64,000 bases of DNA from contig NC_135830.1 in the NCBI RefSeq assembly GCF_964213995.1, positions 17,050,001 through 17,114,000 on the forward strand, written 5' to 3'. This document shows positions 59,675 through 64,000 of this stretch, one piece after another; the first letter of the stretch is position 1; each line of letters begins with the position of its first letter. Below the pieces are notes generated by a model. That model ran no database searches and was not told where the DNA came from. It worked only from the letters and a program-made list of their open reading frames with translations. This DNA is from Mustelus asterias. Taxonomy: Eukaryota. Position numbers and translations under genes: made by a program.

Positions 59675-60272
59675 AAAGAAAACAAAGAAAATTACAGCAC
59701 AGGAACATTCCTTCGACCCTCCAAGCCTGCACCAACCACGCTGCCCGACTGAACTGAAACCCCCTACCCTTCTGGGGACCATATCACTCCATTCCCATCC
59801 TATTCATGTATTTGTCAAGACGCTCCTTAAAAGTCACAATTGTATCTGCTTCCACTACCTCCCCCGGCAGCGAGTTCCAGGCACCCACCACCCTCTGGGT
59901 AAAAAATCTGCCTCGTACATCTCCTTTAAACCTTGCCCCTCGCACCTTAAACCTATGCCCCCGAGTAACTGACTCTTCTACCCTGGGAAAAAGCTTCTGA
60001 CTATCCACTCTGCCCAAGCCCCTCACAATCTTGTAGACTTTGTCAGATCGCCCTCAACCTGCGTCGTTCCAGTGAGAACAAACCAAGTTTCTCCAACCTC
60101 TCCTCATAGCTAATGCCCTCCATGCCAGGCAACATCCTGGTAGATCTTTTCTGTACCCTCTCCACCCTCTCCAAAGCCTCCACATCTTTCTGGTAGTGTG
60201 GCGACCAGAATTGAACACTATATTCCAAGTGCGGCCTAACTGAGGTTCTATAAAGCTGCAACATGACTTGCC
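59675..60272 (-). mobile_element. CR1 LINE 3' fragment
   Basis: ORFs 59784..60026 and the C-terminal part of 60043..60444. Confidence 0.85.
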
Positions 60273-61539
60273 AAAAGGCCCGCAGAAATTCTGTCTTGGG
60301 AGGAACTACTGGAAAAAATAAATCATCCTGTACATGGGAGAGACAGAAACTGTGAGGACCATCTCCTCCAATCACAGATTCTGTCTCTCCTGATGTTGCT
60401 ACATCTGCAGAGACAGTCTCAAACTGGAGGAACAGCTTTGCCACCTATTTTGAGAAAAGAAGTTCACTGACTCAGCAGCCTATCGGTGATGTGTGGAGGA
60501 GTTGTGTCTTCCTGCTACAGAACTAGTTTCATAGCAGTGTGAGCCTCAAAAGGAATGATCCGACCATCGGCAGAGCTTTCCCCATTCTGCTGAACAAGTC
60601 TCGATTATTTTTATATATCTCAGGAGGTGGGGGGTACAACTCAGGAATTTGAGTAAACAGATATTGTGAACGTACTTACAATCACTTGGGTCGTCACATT
60701 AGAAATTGAGATCCATTCATCCAGGTTCATATTCTAAACTGCTTTTATTTGCAGTTTAACGTTCACAGACAACATACAGAATCCCCGGTCAGAGCTGATC
60801 TCAGCTGGTGCAGTGAGGTTATTGATGGGTTATCAATGTAAATCCACACACAATGAAGATCAGAATCGGGAGAGATTTTTCCTGCTCCACCGTCTGAACC
60901 AGTAAACATCTGATTCAGTTACCTTGTGTCAAATAGTTAGAATTCTCATTTTGGAAAGAGAGTATGGGAGTATTTTTAAAACAAGTTAACAAAAAATATC
61001 ATTCATAGATTCCAATTTAAAAGATTTAATATATACACAGTCTTCAGTATTTGTGCTATCTTATTCAAAGAAGTAAACTAACAGAAACACAAAAGGTAAT
61101 GTTACTACGTGACTACATCACTAATAAAGGAGTTACTGAGAATGGAAAACGATGCCCTGGAAACCAAAAAATAGCCCTTAAAAATCAAAGAGCAGCTTTC
61201 CAGAAAATCTCAATACAAGCATTGAAAATAAATACTTTGTGCCCTGCAGATGGATCTTTCAGAGAATGAATTGTAGATTTTGCCCCAAAGATCAAATTAG
61301 AATTGAAGCAAAAGTTCTTAATTTTATTCTAAACAGGTTCCTGTGAGAGTTCTTCAGTTAAGAGGGAAGATCACAGGTGTTGCTTTTAAAAAGTGACATT
61401 GCAGCCCCGAAAATCAGTGACATTTCCAGAATATTAAATTCCAGCTAGTTATAGGGTTTGTTCACATCAGCAGAAATAAAATATTGTCAGACTGTCAATA
61501 CTGAACAGCAGCAAAAACAGCAGAATCCGACCCCTGCAG

Positions 61540-62463
61540 TCACTGGTGAACTTGTTGATGTCTCAGGAGCCATTGTGACTGAGTGAATCCCTTCCCACAC
61601 ACAGAGCAGTTGAATGGCCTCTTAGTGTGAGTGCGTTGGTGAGCCAGCAGGTTGAAAGACTTTGCGAATCCCTTCCCACACACGGAGCAAGTGAATGGCC
61701 TCTCCCCTGTGTGAACTCGCTGGTGAGCAGAGAGGTTGGATGGCCGATTGAATCCCTTCCCGCACACGGAGCATGTGAATGGTCTTTCTGCAGTGTGAAT
61801 GCGTCGGTGAGCAGTGAGGTTGGATGACTGCCTGAAATTCTTTCCACAGTCAGTGCAGCTGAATGGCTTCTCTTCAGTGTGAATTTTCTGGTGTCTCAGC
61901 AGGGTGGGTAAAACTGTGAATCCCTTTCCACACAAAAAGCAAGTAAACGGTCTCTCCCCAGTGTGAATTCGCTGGTGTGCAATGAGGGAGGATGCCTGTC
62001 TGAAACTCCGTCCACAGTCAGTGCAGCTGAATGGCTTCTCCTCAATGTGAACTCGCTGGTGTGACAGTAAGTGGGATGACCCAGTGAATCCCTTCCCACA
62101 GTCGGAGCAGGTGAACGGCCTCTCCCCAGAATGAACTCGCTGGTGTGACAGCAGGTGGAATGACTGAGTGAATCCCTTCCCACACACGGAGCAGATGAAT
62201 GGTCTCTCCCCGGTGTGAGTGCGTTGGTGCACAGTGAGTGCTGAAGAATGCCTGAACCTCTTCCCACAGGAGGTGCAGGTGAATGGCTTTTCCTCAGTGT
62301 GAATTCTCTGGTGAGACCAAAGGCCAGATGACTGAATGAATCCCTCTCCACAGACAGAACAGGTGAACGGTCTCTCACCAGTGTGACTGCGCCGATGGTT
62401 TTCCAGCAGGGAAGGGTAACTGAATCCTTTCCCACAGTCCCCACATTTCCACGGTTTCTCCAT
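61540..62463 (-). CDS. C2H2 zinc-finger protein, 11 fingers (307 aa)
   Basis: Uninterrupted [15 protein letters not shown]... with canonical C2H2 spacing. Acceptor at about 62797 and a CpG promoter upstream. Confidence 0.85.
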   Translation of the reverse strand: MEKPWKCGDCGKGFSYPSLLENHRRSHTGERPFTCSVCGEGFIQSSGLWSHQRIHTEEKPFTCTSCGKRFRHSSALTVHQRTHTGERPFICSVCGKGFTQSFHLLSHQRVHSGERPFTCSDCGKGFTGSSHLLSHQRVHIEEKPFSCTDCGRSFRQASSLIAHQRIHTGERPFTCFLCGKGFTVLPTLLRHQKIHTEEKPFSCTDCGKNFRQSSNLTAHRRIHTAERPFTCSVCGKGFNRPSNLSAHQRVHTGERPFTCSVCGKGFAKSFNLLAHQRTHTKRPFNCSVCGKGFTQSQWLLRHQQVHQ

Positions 62464-63239
62464 GGTGCTGGTGTCCTTATGTTTCTCCAGGTTAAACGAT
62501 CAGTTGAAGCCTCATCCACACACAGAACACGTGTACAGTTTTTCCTTGCTGTGAATGGTGTGATGTTTTTTAAGGCTGCGTAACTGGATAAAGCTCTTTC
62601 CACAGTCAACTCACTGAAACACTCTCACTCGGGTGTGCGTGTATCTTGGTGCTTTTTCAGTCACACTGATGTTTGAAATCTTCTCCTCCAGACAGAAGAC
62701 AAACATTTCTCCTTCCACATTCAAAGTCTGAGGATATTTAAGTCCAAGTGAATCGAGACTCTGTCTGATTTTGATGTGATGTTTCTTCACCTCACCTGTA
62801 AAAGGAGTTTACAAAATTAATCACTGTCAGTCCAGGATAGAAATTTTGAACAGACAATTCTAATTCTCTGGAACATTTCTTCCTCTCTTGTTCCCCAAAT
62901 CAATAAATTCCTGTCCCACAAATTCTCCCTCCTCCCTTGGCTTAAATCCAAACCCATCTCACCATTTCTTTTCTCCACTCCCAGTTTTCTCCCTCCCTCT
63001 CCTCTGTCTGGGTTCAGTTCTCCAGCTCCTGTCTGCAGACTGACAATAAAACCAATGGGTCTTATTGGGGGTGTTGGGGCCTCCAGCGGGTGTTTGTGAC
63101 TCCTTCCCGCCCACCTCCCAGGGTTTCCTTCCTTCCCAGAGATCAGAGTCCTCATTGATTTGAGGCCAAAGTGTAACCTCTTATTTATTGTCCCCCTCCC
63201 CCATCCTCTGATGTGAACCATCCTCCAGTGGCTGAGCCA

Positions 63240-63870
63240 GGATGGGGCCGTTAACCTGGGCCTGTTCCCGGGAGGGAGGGAGAAGCCCCGCAGCTGCAAA
63301 CCAGGGAGCTGACAATGATTCTGAAGGGTTTGCGGATCCACAAAGTGTTTCCAAATCCTCCCAGCCACCGCCTAACGCTGACTCCGCTTCTCCGGGACAA
63401 ACAAGCGCCAAGGACAGCAATGACACTGCGCATGCTCCACATCACAATGCCCGGGCACTGATTGACAGCAGCTCCGGACCAATAGAAAGAGGGGCGGGGC
63501 TGGAGGACCGAGCGGGAGCGGCGGGTCCTCCAACCAATCGGAGTGAAGGTGGGGCGGGGCCGGGCTTGACTGAAGCATGCGCACTGAGGGTAATGGCGAT
63601 GGCGAGCGGATTATTTTTCGGCTGCAGAATTGGTAAGACGGATGATGGCGGAATGGAGGGAGCGAGAGATCGGGCCGGAGGCTGGAGAGGCTTCTTAAAC
63701 AAACTGTGTCACCGCCAAACCCCAAAACAAACCCAATCTGTTTCCATTCACATCGAGAGCGAGAACAGCTCCTCGTGATCGGCTTGTGTTAACGGCCGTC
63801 CTCTTTATTGGGGGCAATATGCAGCAGTGCGCATGTGCGGCCGCCATGTTTGTCGGGGGCAATGTTGTCA
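63240..63870. promoter_or_regulatory. CpG-island promoter, probably bidirectional, of the 61.5-kb ZNF gene
   Basis: GCGCATGC / GCATGCGCA (NRF1-like), two CCAAT boxes, GC boxes, CCGCCATGTTT (YY1-like) and a TGGAGGACC...GGTCCTCCA palindrome. Confidence 0.75.
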
Positions 63871-64000
63871 ATGAGTGGGAGGCGCTTGTTCCCCAGTGTT
63901 CAGAATGGAGACAACTTGTCCATCAAACTGCATCAACCCTCTGAGTCCCAATGTCTTATTGATGAGGCAGAGCGGTGACAGAGATGGAAAGAAAGGCTCG

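Noticed and set aside
62817-63778. ORFs of 183 and 178 aa around the last promoter
   Set aside because: CpG-island and intron sequence with no domain signature.

Overview
Eukaryotic vertebrate genomic DNA, most likely from a shark. This is inferred from the HE1-like tRNA SINEs, CR1/HER1-type LINEs, Penelope elements and KRAB-less 'MEKPWKC' C2H2 zinc-finger genes. The window is a repeat-dense C2H2 zinc-finger (ZNF) cluster: two apparently intact finger ORFs (53.4 kb +, 61.5 kb -), one frameshifted gene (11.1 kb) and several relics. It also holds an intact five-exon EMC4 gene (- strand, 17541-23315), a decayed three-copy tRNA-Val tandem cluster (24-31 kb) and an isolated TCR alpha/delta-type V pseudogene with an intact 23-RSS (34.2-34.7 kb). 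The most striking structure surrounds a CpG-island promoter at about 42.45-42.95 kb. To its left is a full-length Tx1-clade retrotransposon (35377-42446, -) that begins right after a GTGAG donor-like motif. To its right are four tandem copies of a ~1.85-kb apparently non-autonomous element plus an 18-bp stub of the same Tx1 3' end, each placed exactly after a re-created CCACATCT|GTGAGT, the inferred exon-1 splice donor of the downstream ZNF gene. I read this as a candidate splice-donor-targeting Tx1 element with a non-autonomous partner; the mechanism is inference. Other points of interest are minimal hammerhead ribozymes in Penelope tails, a Penelope/U2-snRNA chimeric insertion, a solo LTR and several nested or templated insertions. 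No database searches were possible, so family names come from motif recognition and repeat boundaries are approximate.
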